28,001 nt of DNA, from positions 1 through 28,001 of the forward strand of contig CANQFH010000001.1 of assembly GCA_947598425.1 (NCBI GenBank), written 5' to 3'. The notes under the pieces were generated by a model. The model was given only the letters and a program-made list of their open reading frames with translations, searched no databases and was not told where the DNA came from. The translations under genes were made by a program, and so were the position numbers. Positions 1 through 9,505 of the stretch are shown here, piece by piece (position 1 is the stretch's first letter; every line of letters starts with the position of its first letter). Origin of the DNA: an uncultured Bacilli bacterium. Lineage in GTDB: Bacteria; Bacillota_I; Bacilli_A; RF39; UBA660.

Positions 1-16
1 TATATTATACATATTT

Positions 17-43
17 ATTATATAATACCCCCCCCGGAGTCAA
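17..43 (-). promoter_or_regulatory. Leftward sigmaA-like promoter with a G8 tract in the spacer (gene outside window)
   Basis: Minus strand TTGACT (43-38), CC-G8-TATTA, TATAAT (22-17); spacer 15 nt, which is suboptimal. Confidence 0.4.
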
Positions 44-55
44 GAATTTTTGCTA

Positions 56-84
56 TTGTATATTTTATTAATTAATGATAAAAT
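56..84 (+). promoter_or_regulatory. sigmaA promoter with extended -10
   Basis: TTGTAT (56-61), 17 nt, TAAAAT (79-84), preceded by TGn (76-78). Confidence 0.55.
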
Positions 85-90
85 TAGTTT

Positions 91-223
91 AGGTTGATGA
101 TATTATGTACAACGGCGTCTTTTTAATTAATAATATTATTACTAGCAATATCTTATTTAAAGATTTTTGTACATTTACTTCATCTCCTTACCAAGTTTAT
201 GAAACCAAAGGGTTTCATTTTTT
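91..223 (+). ncRNA. Candidate structured small RNA (~135 nt)
   Basis: Lies between a promoter and a terminator. Rod-like pairing: GATGA 96-100/TCATC 180-184, ATGTACAA 105-112/TTGTACAT 167-174, TCTTT 118-122/AAAGA 159-163, ATATT 133-137/AATAT 147-151. No family recognised. Confidence 0.35.
199..223 (+). terminator. Intrinsic terminator
   Basis: ATGAAACC-AAAG-GGTTTCAT followed by a T run to 223; the T tail is on the + strand only. Confidence 0.7.
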
Positions 224-293
224 ATTTAATAAAAAATACACAATATATCGAAAATATTGTGCATCTTAAGTTATTAATAATTATCTATTTAAT

Positions 294-1298
294 TTATTTA
301 AACATTTCTCTAGCAGTTCTTAACATTTGACAAGTATAGCCTAATTCATTATCATACCATGCTACTAATTTATATAATTTTTTACCATTAACATCGACAA
401 CATTAGTAAGAAGTCCATCTACTAAACATCCTAATCTTTTACCAATAATATCACTAGATACAATGGGATCTTTAGTTATTCTTATTGTATCATTTTGATT
501 ATTTAATAAAACATTATTTACCTCATCCACTGATGGATTATTCTTTAATTCTAAAGTTACATCTATAACTGAGCCATCTGGTACAGGAACTCTATAAGCT
601 AAGCCATCTAATCTACCATTTAATTCTGGTATAACTAATCCAATGGATGCCGCTGCTCCAGTAGAAGCTGGAATTATATTTTGACTGGCTGCTCTTCCCC
701 TTCTAGCATATATTCCTTTTTTATGAGTAATATCTAAAGTTTCTTGATCATTAGTAAAAGCATGAATTGTACTCATAAAGCCTTTTTCAATTCCAAAATT
801 ATCATTTATAACTTTTAATAATGGCGCTAAACAATTAGTAGTGCAACTAGAGGCTGAAACAACTCTCTCACTACCATCTAACATATGATGATTTACACCA
901 TATACTATTGTTTTCATATTTCCTTTACCTGGAGCACTTATTAATACCTTTTTAGCTCCAGCTTTAATATGTTTTAAAGCATCTTCTTCTTTAGTAAAAG
1001 CTCCAGTACATTCTAATACTAAATCAATATTTAAACTACCCCAAGGAAGTAATTCGGGATTGCTTTCTTTAAATACTTTTACTACTTTTCTATTAGCAAT
1101 AATTATATTATCATCTTTAAAAGTTATTTCATTTTCATGAAAAGATCTATGAACAGTATCATACTTTAATAAATGCGCTAATTCTTCGGCACTAGATAAA
1201 TCATTTATTGCCACTACATCAAAGACATTGCTAGTAATAATCTCTCTAAAAGCTATTCTTCCTATTCTACCAAAACCATTGATTGCTACTCTAATCAT
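294..1298 (-). CDS. gap: Type I glyceraldehyde-3-phosphate dehydrogenase
   Basis: INGFGRIGR Rossmann motif, catalytic ASSCTTNCLAP, WYDNE; GGAGG RBS. Confidence 0.98.
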   Translation of the reverse strand: MIRVAINGFGRIGRIAFREIITSNVFDVVAINDLSSAEELAHLLKYDTVHRSFHENEITFKDDNIIIANRKVVKVFKESNPELLPWGSLNIDLVLECTGAFTKEEDALKHIKAGAKKVLISAPGKGNMKTIVYGVNHHMLDGSERVVSASSCTTNCLAPLLKVINDNFGIEKGFMSTIHAFTNDQETLDITHKKGIYARRGRAASQNIIPASTGAAASIGLVIPELNGRLDGLAYRVPVPDGSVIDVTLELKNNPSVDEVNNVLLNNQNDTIRITKDPIVSSDIIGKRLGCLVDGLLTNVVDVNGKKLYKLVAWYDNELGYTCQMLRTAREMFK

Positions 1299-2934
1299 CT
1301 AATCCTCCTATAAACTCTCTTAAAATTGAATCTTTACTTATATATTCTCCCGGTATTGGAAAAAACATTTTTAAAAAATTTAATAATCTTCTAGCTTCTT
1401 CATAATAAATGCTTTCCACATTAATTGATCTTAATAAAGGTTCTACATATACTTTTAATACACCAACTTCATAAGGCAAAGCAGTATTAATAATAATATC
1501 AGCTTGATGAATATAAGGGAAAATATATTTTTCCTCGCCATTTCTAACACTTTGCCACTTATGAATAGTATTAGCTACTTTATATGCTCTAGTTCGATTA
1601 TCCCTTACTATTCTTCTTATTAATCTTAAATCTACTGTTGAGATATAATTATGTCTATCAATATTTAGAGGAATAAAAGGACTTAAATATATTTTATACT
1701 TATATTTATTATCTATACTAGGAAGTAATTCGTCATTTAAACAATGTAATCCTTCAATTAAAATAATACTATTATCTTTTAATTTTATTTTATTATCATT
1801 ATATTCTTTTTTACCGGATACAAAATTAAATGTTGGAATATCTACTTCTTCTTTATTTAATAGTTTCTTTAAAGTATTATTAAATAATTCTAAATCAATC
1901 GCATCTAATCTTTCAAAGTCATATTCCCCATTTTCATCTTTAGGACTTTCATCTCTTTCTTTAAAAAAGTCATCTGTAGATAATTTAACCGGGTTAAATC
2001 CTGCTGCTAAAAAATATGATGCTAATCTTTTAGTTGTAGTAGTCTTACCACTTGAAGAAGGACCCGCTATTAAAACAAATTTAATATTTCTATTACTAAT
2101 AACTTTATCTACTACTTTAGAGATATCTAAATTAAATACTAATTCACAAGAATTAATAAATTCTTTAATATGACCATTACTAATATTTTCATTAATTGCT
2201 GTTGCATATTGCATATTTAATTTTTCTAACCATTCTTTACCTACTAGAAAAGAATTAATTATATTATCATAATGGACATACTCTGGTAAGGCCCCTTTAC
2301 TTAATTTACTAGGGATAACAAATATTAAACGATTGCGACCTAAATAAATGATATCAAATTTAGTAATACTTCCAGTACTATAAGGCATATCAGAATAAAA
2401 ATAATTATAATGACCTTTTAATTCATATAATGTTACTACTTTATCAGAGATATTTTGAATATTTAAAGCTTTTTCTTTTTGATTAATCTTCTTATAATAT
2501 AAGATAGCATCTTTCTTCTTAATATTCAATTTATGAAAGACAATATCTTCTTTAATCATTAAAGCCATTAAACTTTTAATTTTACTTAAATCTTCTTGAG
2601 TAAGTATTTTATCTCCAATTATTTCTCCTAAGAAACCTTTAGGGACACTATGTTGATAAGTTATTTCTAAATCACTATATAATTCTTTTAAAGCCACTTC
2701 AAATAAAAATTCTAAGGCACTTTTATACATTTTATTACCAGTAATATCTGTTAAGTCTATAAATTCAATTTCTTCTTCAGGTATTATAACTTCATCTAAA
2801 GATAAAACTTCATTTCTTAATTTTACTCCTAATACTACTTTATTTAAATTAAGATTCTTAACTACATCATAATAAGTAGACTTCTTAGGAAACTCATAAG
2901 ATTTACCATATATTTTAATATTAACATTCTCCAC
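1291..2934 (-). CDS. Nucleoside (uridine) kinase family protein with N-terminal TGS/ThrRS-like domains
   Basis: IAGPSSSGKTT P-loop, STDDFF, IEGLHCLN, DLRLIRRIVRD; N-terminus resembles the ThrRS N-terminal region; GTG start with GAGGG RBS; overlaps gap by 8 nt. Confidence 0.85.
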   Translation of the reverse strand: MENVNIKIYGKSYEFPKKSTYYDVVKNLNLNKVVLGVKLRNEVLSLDEVIIPEEEIEFIDLTDITGNKMYKSALEFLFEVALKELYSDLEITYQHSVPKGFLGEIIGDKILTQEDLSKIKSLMALMIKEDIVFHKLNIKKKDAILYYKKINQKEKALNIQNISDKVVTLYELKGHYNYFYSDMPYSTGSITKFDIIYLGRNRLIFVIPSKLSKGALPEYVHYDNIINSFLVGKEWLEKLNMQYATAINENISNGHIKEFINSCELVFNLDISKVVDKVISNRNIKFVLIAGPSSSGKTTTTKRLASYFLAAGFNPVKLSTDDFFKERDESPKDENGEYDFERLDAIDLELFNNTLKKLLNKEEVDIPTFNFVSGKKEYNDNKIKLKDNSIILIEGLHCLNDELLPSIDNKYKYKIYLSPFIPLNIDRHNYISTVDLRLIRRIVRDNRTRAYKVANTIHKWQSVRNGEEKYIFPYIHQADIIINTALPYEVGVLKVYVEPLLRSINVESIYYEEARRLLNFLKMFFPIPGEYISKDSILREFIGGLDD

Positions 2935-3034
2935 TAGTTATACCCTCTTATCATAAAAATATTTTAACATAAATTAATTATTTTTTGAATAAAAATTGAG
3001 TAAATTTTATATTATATTTATAGGTGACAAAAAT

Positions 3035-3604
3035 ATGAATATTATTCCAACAGTAATTGAAAAAGAAAGTAATAAAGAATATGCTTATGATTTATATTCG
3101 CGTTTATTAAATGATCGCATTGTTTTTATTAATGGGGAGATTAATGATAATACGGCTTGTATTGTTGTTTCTGAATTATTATATTTAGATAGTCTTAATC
3201 ATCAAGATATTTATTTATATATTAATTCTCCGGGAGGGATGATTACCAGTGGAATGGCTATCTATGATACTATGAATTATATTAAAAGTGATGTCAGAAC
3301 TATATGTATTGGACTTGCAGCTTCGATGGGAGCATTTTTACTGGCTAATGGAACTAAAGGAAAAAGATGTAGTCTCGCAAATAGTGAGATTATGATTCAT
3401 CAACCTCTTGGAGGTACTAAAGGACAAGCAACTGATATTAAAATTGCTGCGGAACATATTCTGAAAATTAGAAGTAAATTAAATAAAATACTTGCTAATG
3501 TTACAGGTAAAAGTATTAAAACAATCGAAAGAGATTGTGAAAGAGATAATTATATGGATCCAAAAGAAGCCCTAGAATATGGGCTTATAGATGAAGTAAT
3601 TTAA
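3035..3604 (+). CDS. clpP: ATP-dependent Clp protease proteolytic subunit
   Basis: YINSPGG, GLAASMG (Ser), MIHQP (His), ERDNYM (Asp). Start moved from 2996 to ATG 3035 (AGGTGA RBS). Confidence 0.97.
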   Translation: MNIIPTVIEKESNKEYAYDLYSRLLNDRIVFINGEINDNTACIVVSELLYLDSLNHQDIYLYINSPGGMITSGMAIYDTMNYIKSDVRTICIGLAASMGAFLLANGTKGKRCSLANSEIMIHQPLGGTKGQATDIKIAAEHILKIRSKLNKILANVTGKSIKTIERDCERDNYMDPKEALEYGLIDEVI

Positions 3605-3888
3605 TGCCATTTAATAATGGTATCACCTTCACTAGATAACATATATTTTTCTTTAGCATAACGAGCTAAATACTCATCATCCCCAAGTTTAGTAATTTCG
3701 GCACTTAATTTTGTTTCTTCATCAAGCAATGCTTGATATTTTTGTGTTAATTCTCTTTCTAATCTTCTATTTTGTAATATTTGATTCCAATCATTATATA
3801 CACTTCCAACTAAAAGAGTTAACAAGCCAATACTTGTTAAAGTAATTAAAAAAAGTCTTTTTCTTTCCTTTTTACTCTTTCTATGCAT
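3601..3888 (-). CDS. divIC: Septum formation initiator DivIC/FtsB family
   Basis: Basic N-terminus, one TM helix, coiled coil, [13 protein letters not shown]; directly follows yabQ. Confidence 0.8.
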   Translation of the reverse strand: MHRKSKKERKRLFLITLTSIGLLTLLVGSVYNDWNQILQNRRLERELTQKYQALLDEETKLSAEITKLGDDEYLARYAKEKYMLSSEGDTIIKWH

Positions 3889-3922
3889 ATAATCATCCTT
3901 AAACTGATACTAGCACAGCTAT

Positions 3923-4234
3923 TTAATATTTGCAATTCTTAAATTGGAGTTTTACAATGAATTTACTAACAATTTTATTATATAATACATATCCCGTAAA
4001 AAATCCTACAAATACCATTAATATAAAATAGATATGAAAATATCCTTTATTTAAATGATATATTAATATAATATATATAATAGTTATATCTAAAGTATAT
4101 ATAAAAGTTATAATATGTTTTAAATATACTTTCATATTTTTGATTAATCTAAAATTAAAGATAGTTAAATAATAAAAGAAGATTCCATATATAAAAGAAG
4201 TCAAAAGGGTTATTAATTGCATATTACTATTCAT
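3923..4234 (-). CDS. yabQ: Spore cortex biosynthesis protein YabQ-like membrane protein
   Basis: Three hydrophobic segments, GxxRxY-like GYFHIY motif; lies between yabP and divIC. Confidence 0.7.
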   Translation of the reverse strand: MNSNMQLITLLTSFIYGIFFYYLTIFNFRLIKNMKVYLKHIITFIYTLDITIIYIILIYHLNKGYFHIYFILMVFVGFFTGYVLYNKIVSKFIVKLQFKNCKY

Positions 4235-4512
4235 TATTTAAATAACTTAGTAAGCAAACTTTCTTCTTTATTTTTCTTCATATTTTCAATATAAGCAATA
4301 CTTATTAATTTTCCTTTTATTTTTAAATTACCATCATGGGTATCTAATTTAACTATTTCTAAACCTTCTCCTTTTAATAATATAACTCCCATATTAGATT
4401 CCATTAAAAATTCTTGATCATCAAAACTACTTATCTTATTTATACCTGTTAAATTAATGATACTTCTATCAGTTATTTTTACTTCATGGCTACCATAATT
4501 ATTTTGTTCCAT
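4234..4512 (-). CDS. yabP: Sporulation protein YabP/YqfC family
   Basis: INLTGINKISSFDDQEF, MGVILLKGEGL, LKIKGKLISIAY; GGAGG RBS. Confidence 0.9.
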   Translation of the reverse strand: MEQNNYGSHEVKITDRSIINLTGINKISSFDDQEFLMESNMGVILLKGEGLEIVKLDTHDGNLKIKGKLISIAYIENMKKNKEESLLTKLFK

Positions 4513-4528
4513 AGCATCCTCCCTTTAA

Positions 4529-4536
4529 ATACTATG
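4529..4536 (-). promoter_or_regulatory. Possible sigmaE/sigmaK-type -10 element for yabPQ
   Basis: CATAGTAT (CATAnnnT pattern) just upstream of the yabP RBS; yabP is sigmaE-controlled in B. subtilis; -35 unclear. Confidence 0.35.
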
Positions 4537-4544
4537 TTTTATCA

Positions 4545-4573
4545 CAAAGAAAAAGAACTAATTACTAGTTCTT
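4545..4573 (-). terminator. Intrinsic terminator after spoVG
   Basis: AAGAACTA-GTAAT-TAGTTCTT followed by TTTCTTT. Confidence 0.6.
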
Positions 4574-4583
4574 ACTTATATCA

Positions 4584-4850
4584 TTAATTTTCTTCAGTTG
4601 GATTATTATATTCTTCTAATATTTTATTTTCAAACATTTCTCTAGTTTCAGAGTTTGTTGGATGAACAATATCTTCAAATCTTTCGTTATTAACCTTTCT
4701 TGAAGGCATTGCACAGAATAATCTATTTTCTCCTTCTATAATTCTAATATTGCTTACTACAAAGCAATCATCGATAGTTACAGTTGCATAACCTTTAAGT
4801 CTAGAACCTTCTCTATCTATTTTGTGAACACGTACTTTTGTAATTTCCAT
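4584..4850 (-). CDS. spoVG: Septation regulator SpoVG
   Basis: MEITKVRV, LKGYATVTIDDCFVVSNIRII, FCAMPSRK, DIVHPTN. Start set at ATG 4850 (AAGGAG RBS). Confidence 0.95.
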   Translation of the reverse strand: MEITKVRVHKIDREGSRLKGYATVTIDDCFVVSNIRIIEGENRLFCAMPSRKVNNERFEDIVHPTNSETREMFENKILEEYNNPTEEN

Positions 4851-4888
4851 ATAACCACTCCTTATCTTGAATATCACAACTTATAATA

Positions 4889-4917
4889 ATTGTAAATCAA
4901 TAATTTCTTTTTTGCAA
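4889..4917 (-). promoter_or_regulatory. sigmaA-like promoter of spoVG
   Basis: TTGCAA (4917-4912), 17 nt, TACAAT (4894-4889). Confidence 0.5.
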
Positions 4918-4926
4918 CTATTTTAT

Positions 4927-6090
4927 TTAACTTAATTTATTTTTAAGACTATCCTTACCATCATAAGTACTTAAGACATTGGATTCAAAATTAGTAATTT
5001 TCTTTTTATTTTCTTTATAATTATTTATAGCACCATCTATTAAGTCATTTAATAATTCATGGTATTCTTTTTTCATTGGAGTAAAGAAGAAAAAGGCAAG
5101 TGAACCCGGAATAGTATTAGGTTCATTAACATAAACTTCTTTAGTTTTACTATTTACTAAAAAGTCAAATCTAGTTACTCCACTTAAATCTAATACTTTA
5201 AAAGCTTGAATACTTAAATCATATATTTTATTAGTTAATTCAGAATCTAATTTAGCTGGTATTTTAAACCCAGTATTACTAGATTTACTCTTAGATGATT
5301 TTAAATATTTATCTTCAAATGTTAAATAATCACTACTGGTTAACATTTCTCCAATTAAAGAATGTACTAATTGATCTTTATAACCAACAACAGCACAATC
5401 AACTTCCATTAAATTAGGAACCATTTTTTCTACTAATATTTTTTCATCATAACTAATAGCGTCTTCAATAGCCTCTTCTAATTCTTCTTTATTCTTAGCA
5501 ACATTAATACCAACACTACTACCAAGTCTAGCTGGTTTAACAATTACTGGATAAGTTAACTTTTCAATTTTTTGGATAAGATCTTTTTGATTATTTTGAT
5601 ATTCATAATCATAAAACCAAACAAAATCAGTTACAGGTATTCCTTCACTTTTTAATACTAATTTTTGGACTACTTTATCTTGACCTAAGGAAGCTCCTAA
5701 GATTGATGGACCTACATGAGGTATTCCAATTAATTCCAAGTAACCTGCTAAAGAACCATCTTCTACTCCTTTACCATGCACTATAGGAAAAGCAATATCG
5801 ATAGTGTTAACAATTTTTTTAAATAAAGAATTTTTATCTTTTAAAACATATTCATTACCATTCTTTTCTAATATTACTTCTTTAGCTATCTTTTTAATAT
5901 TATCTAAATTTTTATAACTACTCATTTTTCTTAAAACATCACCAGTATACCAACATCTATCTTTACTGATATATAATGGAATTACTTCATATTTATCTTT
6001 ATCTATATGATTCATCGCTTGGACAGCAGTTATAATACTTATTTCATGTTCAACAGATTCTCCTCCAAATATTACACCAACTTTATACAT
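4927..6090 (-). CDS. ddl: D-alanine--D-alanine ligase
   Basis: FGGESVEHEIS, HGKGVEDG, VKPARLGSSVGI, EDKY omega loop, NEPNTIPG. Start ATG 6090 (AAGGAG RBS overlapping the murF stop). Confidence 0.95.
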   Translation of the reverse strand: MYKVGVIFGGESVEHEISIITAVQAMNHIDKDKYEVIPLYISKDRCWYTGDVLRKMSSYKNLDNIKKIAKEVILEKNGNEYVLKDKNSLFKKIVNTIDIAFPIVHGKGVEDGSLAGYLELIGIPHVGPSILGASLGQDKVVQKLVLKSEGIPVTDFVWFYDYEYQNNQKDLIQKIEKLTYPVIVKPARLGSSVGINVAKNKEELEEAIEDAISYDEKILVEKMVPNLMEVDCAVVGYKDQLVHSLIGEMLTSSDYLTFEDKYLKSSKSKSSNTGFKIPAKLDSELTNKIYDLSIQAFKVLDLSGVTRFDFLVNSKTKEVYVNEPNTIPGSLAFFFFTPMKKEYHELLNDLIDGAINNYKENKKKITNFESNVLSTYDGKDSLKNKLS

Positions 6091-6095
6091 ATATC

Positions 6096-7673
6096 TCACT
6101 CCTTACTATTTTCATTATATAAATCTGGTAAATCGCTTTGTAATAATACATAAGTGTCTTTATCTTTTAACTCTCTTATTAATTTAAATGAATCCATTAT
6201 ATTATTTAATATATGTACTTTATTTAAATTATAATTATTCTCTTTTAAACCATCATATATTGGTTCTGTTTGCTTCTTTCCTATTAAAATAACTTCATCT
6301 ATTTGATATTTACTTATTAAATAACCAATATTTTTATTTTCTTCATAATACTTATTACCTAACTCGATCATTCCGGAAGTAATAATAATCTTTTTACCAT
6401 TCATTTTACTTAAAACTTCAATCGCCATCTTACTACCTAAAGGATTATTATTATAAGAGTCATCTATTAAATTAATATCATAATATAATTTTCTTTCTAA
6501 ACGATGGCTTACAGGTTTTAAGGCTTTAACACTTTTTATTAAGTCCTCTATTTTTATTCCTAATTTTCTACCTAACGCTATTCCTTCTAAAATATTATAA
6601 ATATTATAATTACCTAATAATGTTGTCGTAAATTCATAATCTTTATTTTCATCTTTAAAATGCACTTTAAAACTAGTTTTATTACCATCTAATTTAATAT
6701 CTTTAGCATAAATATCAACATCATGATTATCTATACCTATCCATACTATTTCACAATTATTCTTTATTTGATAATTAAGTTGTTTGGGATCATCACCATT
6801 TAAAATTCCAATACCATCACTAGGTAAGCTTTCAATTAATTCAAATTTAGTATTAATAATATTCTCTTCACTTTTAAATGTTTCTAAATGCGCTATTCCT
6901 ATTCTAGTTAGAATACCATATTTAGGATGTACTAAATCACATAATTCTTTAATATCTCCTTTTTTACAAGCTCCCATCTCGACTACAAAATAATCATTAA
7001 ATTTATCTAGATAATTATTGATTGTGAGTAAAATTCCATTTGGAGTATTATAATTTTCTGGAGTTTTATACACACTATAAGTAGAATTTAAAATACTATA
7101 AACAATATTTTTAGAACTTGTTTTACCATAACTACCTGTAATTCCAATAACATCCATCTTATTCATTGTAGCTAACTTATTTAAAGCTAACTTCTTATAA
7201 TGAGTATATACTAAATATTCTAAAGGTTTATTAATAATATTAATGATAATTATTATAAAATATAATAGATATAAAGTAATATTTAGTATTTGGTAACAAA
7301 TGTTATTATCAAATAAATTAAAGATAATTATGGTTAATAAGAGATAAAAAATATTAGTGGTTAAAAATAATCTTTTAACTCTACTAGTATACTTTAAAGG
7401 TATTTTATCTTGAGTATTTTTTTTATTAATAATAAATAATATAATTAGTAATAAATAAATAATACTAAATAAATATTCGATATTAGTAAAAAACATTATT
7501 ATAGTTATTAGTACTAATAAATTAACATTAATTAAAATATTCTTTAAATGTTTAAATAACCATTTTAGATATCTATTATCTAAATTATATTTATTTTGTT
7601 GAAACATATGAAGTACTTTGGTATTCATTAAATTTAAATAAATAAAATAAATGATAATATTTATATATAACAT
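6096..7673 (-). CDS. murF: UDP-N-acetylmuramoyl-tripeptide--D-Ala-D-Ala ligase with N-terminal membrane extension
   Basis: IGITGSYGKTSSK, FVVEMGA, GIAHLETF, LNGDD, LIDDSYNNNP; adjacent to ddl. The start could be 7673, 7679 or 7682. Confidence 0.88.
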   Translation of the reverse strand: MLYINIIIYFIYLNLMNTKVLHMFQQNKYNLDNRYLKWLFKHLKNILINVNLLVLITIIMFFTNIEYLFSIIYLLLIILFIINKKNTQDKIPLKYTSRVKRLFLTTNIFYLLLTIIIFNLFDNNICYQILNITLYLLYFIIIIINIINKPLEYLVYTHYKKLALNKLATMNKMDVIGITGSYGKTSSKNIVYSILNSTYSVYKTPENYNTPNGILLTINNYLDKFNDYFVVEMGACKKGDIKELCDLVHPKYGILTRIGIAHLETFKSEENIINTKFELIESLPSDGIGILNGDDPKQLNYQIKNNCEIVWIGIDNHDVDIYAKDIKLDGNKTSFKVHFKDENKDYEFTTTLLGNYNIYNILEGIALGRKLGIKIEDLIKSVKALKPVSHRLERKLYYDINLIDDSYNNNPLGSKMAIEVLSKMNGKKIIITSGMIELGNKYYEENKNIGYLISKYQIDEVILIGKKQTEPIYDGLKENNYNLNKVHILNNIMDSFKLIRELKDKDTYVLLQSDLPDLYNENSKE

Positions 7674-7683
7674 AACCATCACC

Positions 7684-8409
7684 CTATTCTAAAAATGATT
7701 TTAAAATTGCTATTGTTTGATTTAATCTTTCTAAGTAAGCATAGTGAGTACATCCTTCATATATAGAAAGACCAGCATCAGGGATTAATTTAGCAAGTTC
7801 ATAAGCATCATTAACATCAACTGCAGCATCTTCATCACCCCAAATAATAAAAGTAGGACATTTAATTTTAGTGGCATCATTTGTTAGATCAGTATTTACA
7901 TGTTTAACTAATATCTCACGCATTCTTGGAGTGGCATTACGATAATCAACAGAGCCTTTTTGAATTTTAATATAATTAGCTAATCTACCGATTAAAGGTA
8001 ATTTACTAAGTTTTTTTAATAATTTAACTTGCCATGATATTTTTTTAATTTTAACTTTATAAGGACTTGCTAATAATACTAAACGATGTACTGGATAAAT
8101 TGAAGCATATAATAATGCTAATTTACCTCCGAAAGAATGACCAACAATACTTGGATTTTTAATATTTAAAGAGTCTAATAAAGCATGAAGCATTGTTACA
8201 TAATCATTTAGGGACCAAGAAGTTTTCGGCTCTTCACTTTGGCCAAATCCTGGTAGATCAACAATAATTATACGATGGGTATCTTTTAGGGGATTGGCAA
8301 GCATTTCCATCATTTCAATATTTTGTCCCCAGCCATGCAAAAATAAAACTGCATTATTACCATTTCCATAATCTTTATAATTGATATTAATATCTTTATA
8401 ATTAAACAT
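7684..8409 (-). CDS. Alpha/beta fold hydrolase
   Basis: FLHGWG oxyanion motif, GHSFGG nucleophile elbow, WGDED (Asp), GCTHY (His). Confidence 0.92.
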   Translation of the reverse strand: MFNYKDININYKDYGNGNNAVLFLHGWGQNIEMMEMLANPLKDTHRIIIVDLPGFGQSEEPKTSWSLNDYVTMLHALLDSLNIKNPSIVGHSFGGKLALLYASIYPVHRLVLLASPYKVKIKKISWQVKLLKKLSKLPLIGRLANYIKIQKGSVDYRNATPRMREILVKHVNTDLTNDATKIKCPTFIIWGDEDAAVDVNDAYELAKLIPDAGLSIYEGCTHYAYLERLNQTIAILKSFLE

Positions 8410-8432
8410 TACATCACCTAAACTTCATCTAT

Positions 8433-8461
8433 ATTTTAGCAAATAGCTAGCTTAAAGTCTA
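8433..8461 (-). promoter_or_regulatory. sigmaA promoter of the hydrolase-murF-ddl operon
   Basis: TAGACT (8461-8456), 17 nt, TGc-TAAAAT (8438-8433). Confidence 0.55.
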
Positions 8462-8463
8462 GA

Positions 8464-8676
8464 TTATAAGAAACGTAATTTAATATCCCCCGTGATATAA
8501 TCATTATAAGAAAAACTTTTTTCAATTCCATCATTAATTATTGTAAATATATTTGGATATAATTTATATAATATTCCTTCGTAACGATTTATTTTATTAC
8601 GCATCCCATAAACTGTTACAATCACTTTTTTACCAAGATTAATAGCTATCTTATTTTTAACAATATCTATATTCAT
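8464..8676 (-). CDS. veg: Veg family protein
   Basis: GKKV..GMRNK..EGILYKLYPNIF, SFSYNDYITG; follows yabG as in B. subtilis. Confidence 0.92.
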   Translation of the reverse strand: MNIDIVKNKIAINLGKKVIVTVYGMRNKINRYEGILYKLYPNIFTIINDGIEKSFSYNDYITGDIKLRFL

Positions 8677-9432
8677 CTAGGATACCCCACATACATAAGA
8701 CCATTACCCATAATACCACCCATACCATCACTACCATACTTAGTTTTATCTAACATTTCTTTTAAATTAACTTCTTTATTTCTTTCAGTAAGGGCAATAG
8801 TAACAGCAATAATCATGAATATTTACTCTTTTCGGACTTGAAGCATAATTAGCCCCAGCTTTAATTAATTCTTCATAATTACTTTGACAAGCTCCAGCAA
8901 TAATTACTAATTTATCATGACTTTTTTCATAATTACGAGCAGCTTTAACGGCTTTAATAAAATTCTTCGTATTTTTATAATTATTATTATCTTTAATATC
9001 CCCTTTTTTCTTATAATAAGCATCATGACCCGTAATAATTAAAATATCCGGTTTATATTCTTTTAAAAGAATTCCAACTTGTTCATACATATCTTCTTCT
9101 TTAATTCTTTTACCAATAGCCAGTAATCCTACTTTTTTATAATACTTTAAACATTTATCTAAATATTCATTATCTCCATCAATATGCAATATTTTACCAG
9201 GTAAATAAAAATAATCATTATCTACTATTTCTTTAGCTCTTTCATTATTATTACTATTATTATCTTCTTCAATATATTCACTTTTAACTAAATCATTATA
9301 TGGACTATCAGCATATAATCTAACTTCAACTCCCTTTAGATAATACACACCATCTTTAATATTAATAACTTTAAATATAGTATCATTATCATAACTTTTC
9401 CTAGTTACAAAATCCCCTTTATTTATTTCCAA
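8673..9432 (-). pseudogene. yabG: Sporulation peptidase YabG, frameshifted by an apparent 14-nt deletion at 8814/8813
   Basis: VTRKSY, ITGHD, AGACQS, ASSPKRVNIH, then the frame reads DYCCYYCPY*. The YabG-like tail IIAVTIALTER...GMGGIMGNGLMYVGYPR* continues in the next frame (8813-8673) and ends in an ATGA overlap with veg. Confidence 0.88.
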
Positions 9433-9478
9433 ATGAATCACCACTTAATTTTATGCATAAATAAAATATCTATTACAT

Positions 9479-9505
9479 AAGAAAAATGCTCATAATAAGC
9501 ATTTT
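9479..9505 (-). terminator. Intrinsic terminator of the HA/AAA/vWA operon
   Basis: AAAATGCT-TATTATG-AGCATTTT then TCTT, overlapping the vWA gene stop codon. Confidence 0.6.

Noticed and set aside
105-269. 54-codon + strand ORF (MYNGVFLINN...)
   Set aside because: Runs through a strong terminator, has only a weak SD that is sequestered in a stem, and shows no recognisable motif. The minus-strand AAGGAG-ATG gives only a 5-codon ORF.
3601-3604. Convergent clpP/divIC 4-nt stop overlap with no terminator; search for CtsR/CIRCE upstream of clpP
   Set aside because: Such overlaps are common in compact genomes; no CtsR heptad or CIRCE match was seen.
4927-6090. Possible Van-type (D-Ala-D-Lac) ligase next to a hydrolase
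   Set aside because: The omega loop retains KY (TFEDKY), there are no vanH/vanX/vanRS genes, and the murF-ddl context is housekeeping.
6784-6993. + strand 69-aa ORF
   Set aside because: Antisense shadow inside murF.
8785-8814. Cys-rich C-terminus DYCCYYCPY of the YabG ORF as a metal-binding tag, or TGA read-through (code 4)
   Set aside because: It is out-of-frame sequence after the deletion. TGA is a genuine stop elsewhere (murF, ATGA overlaps) and read-through would not restore the frame.
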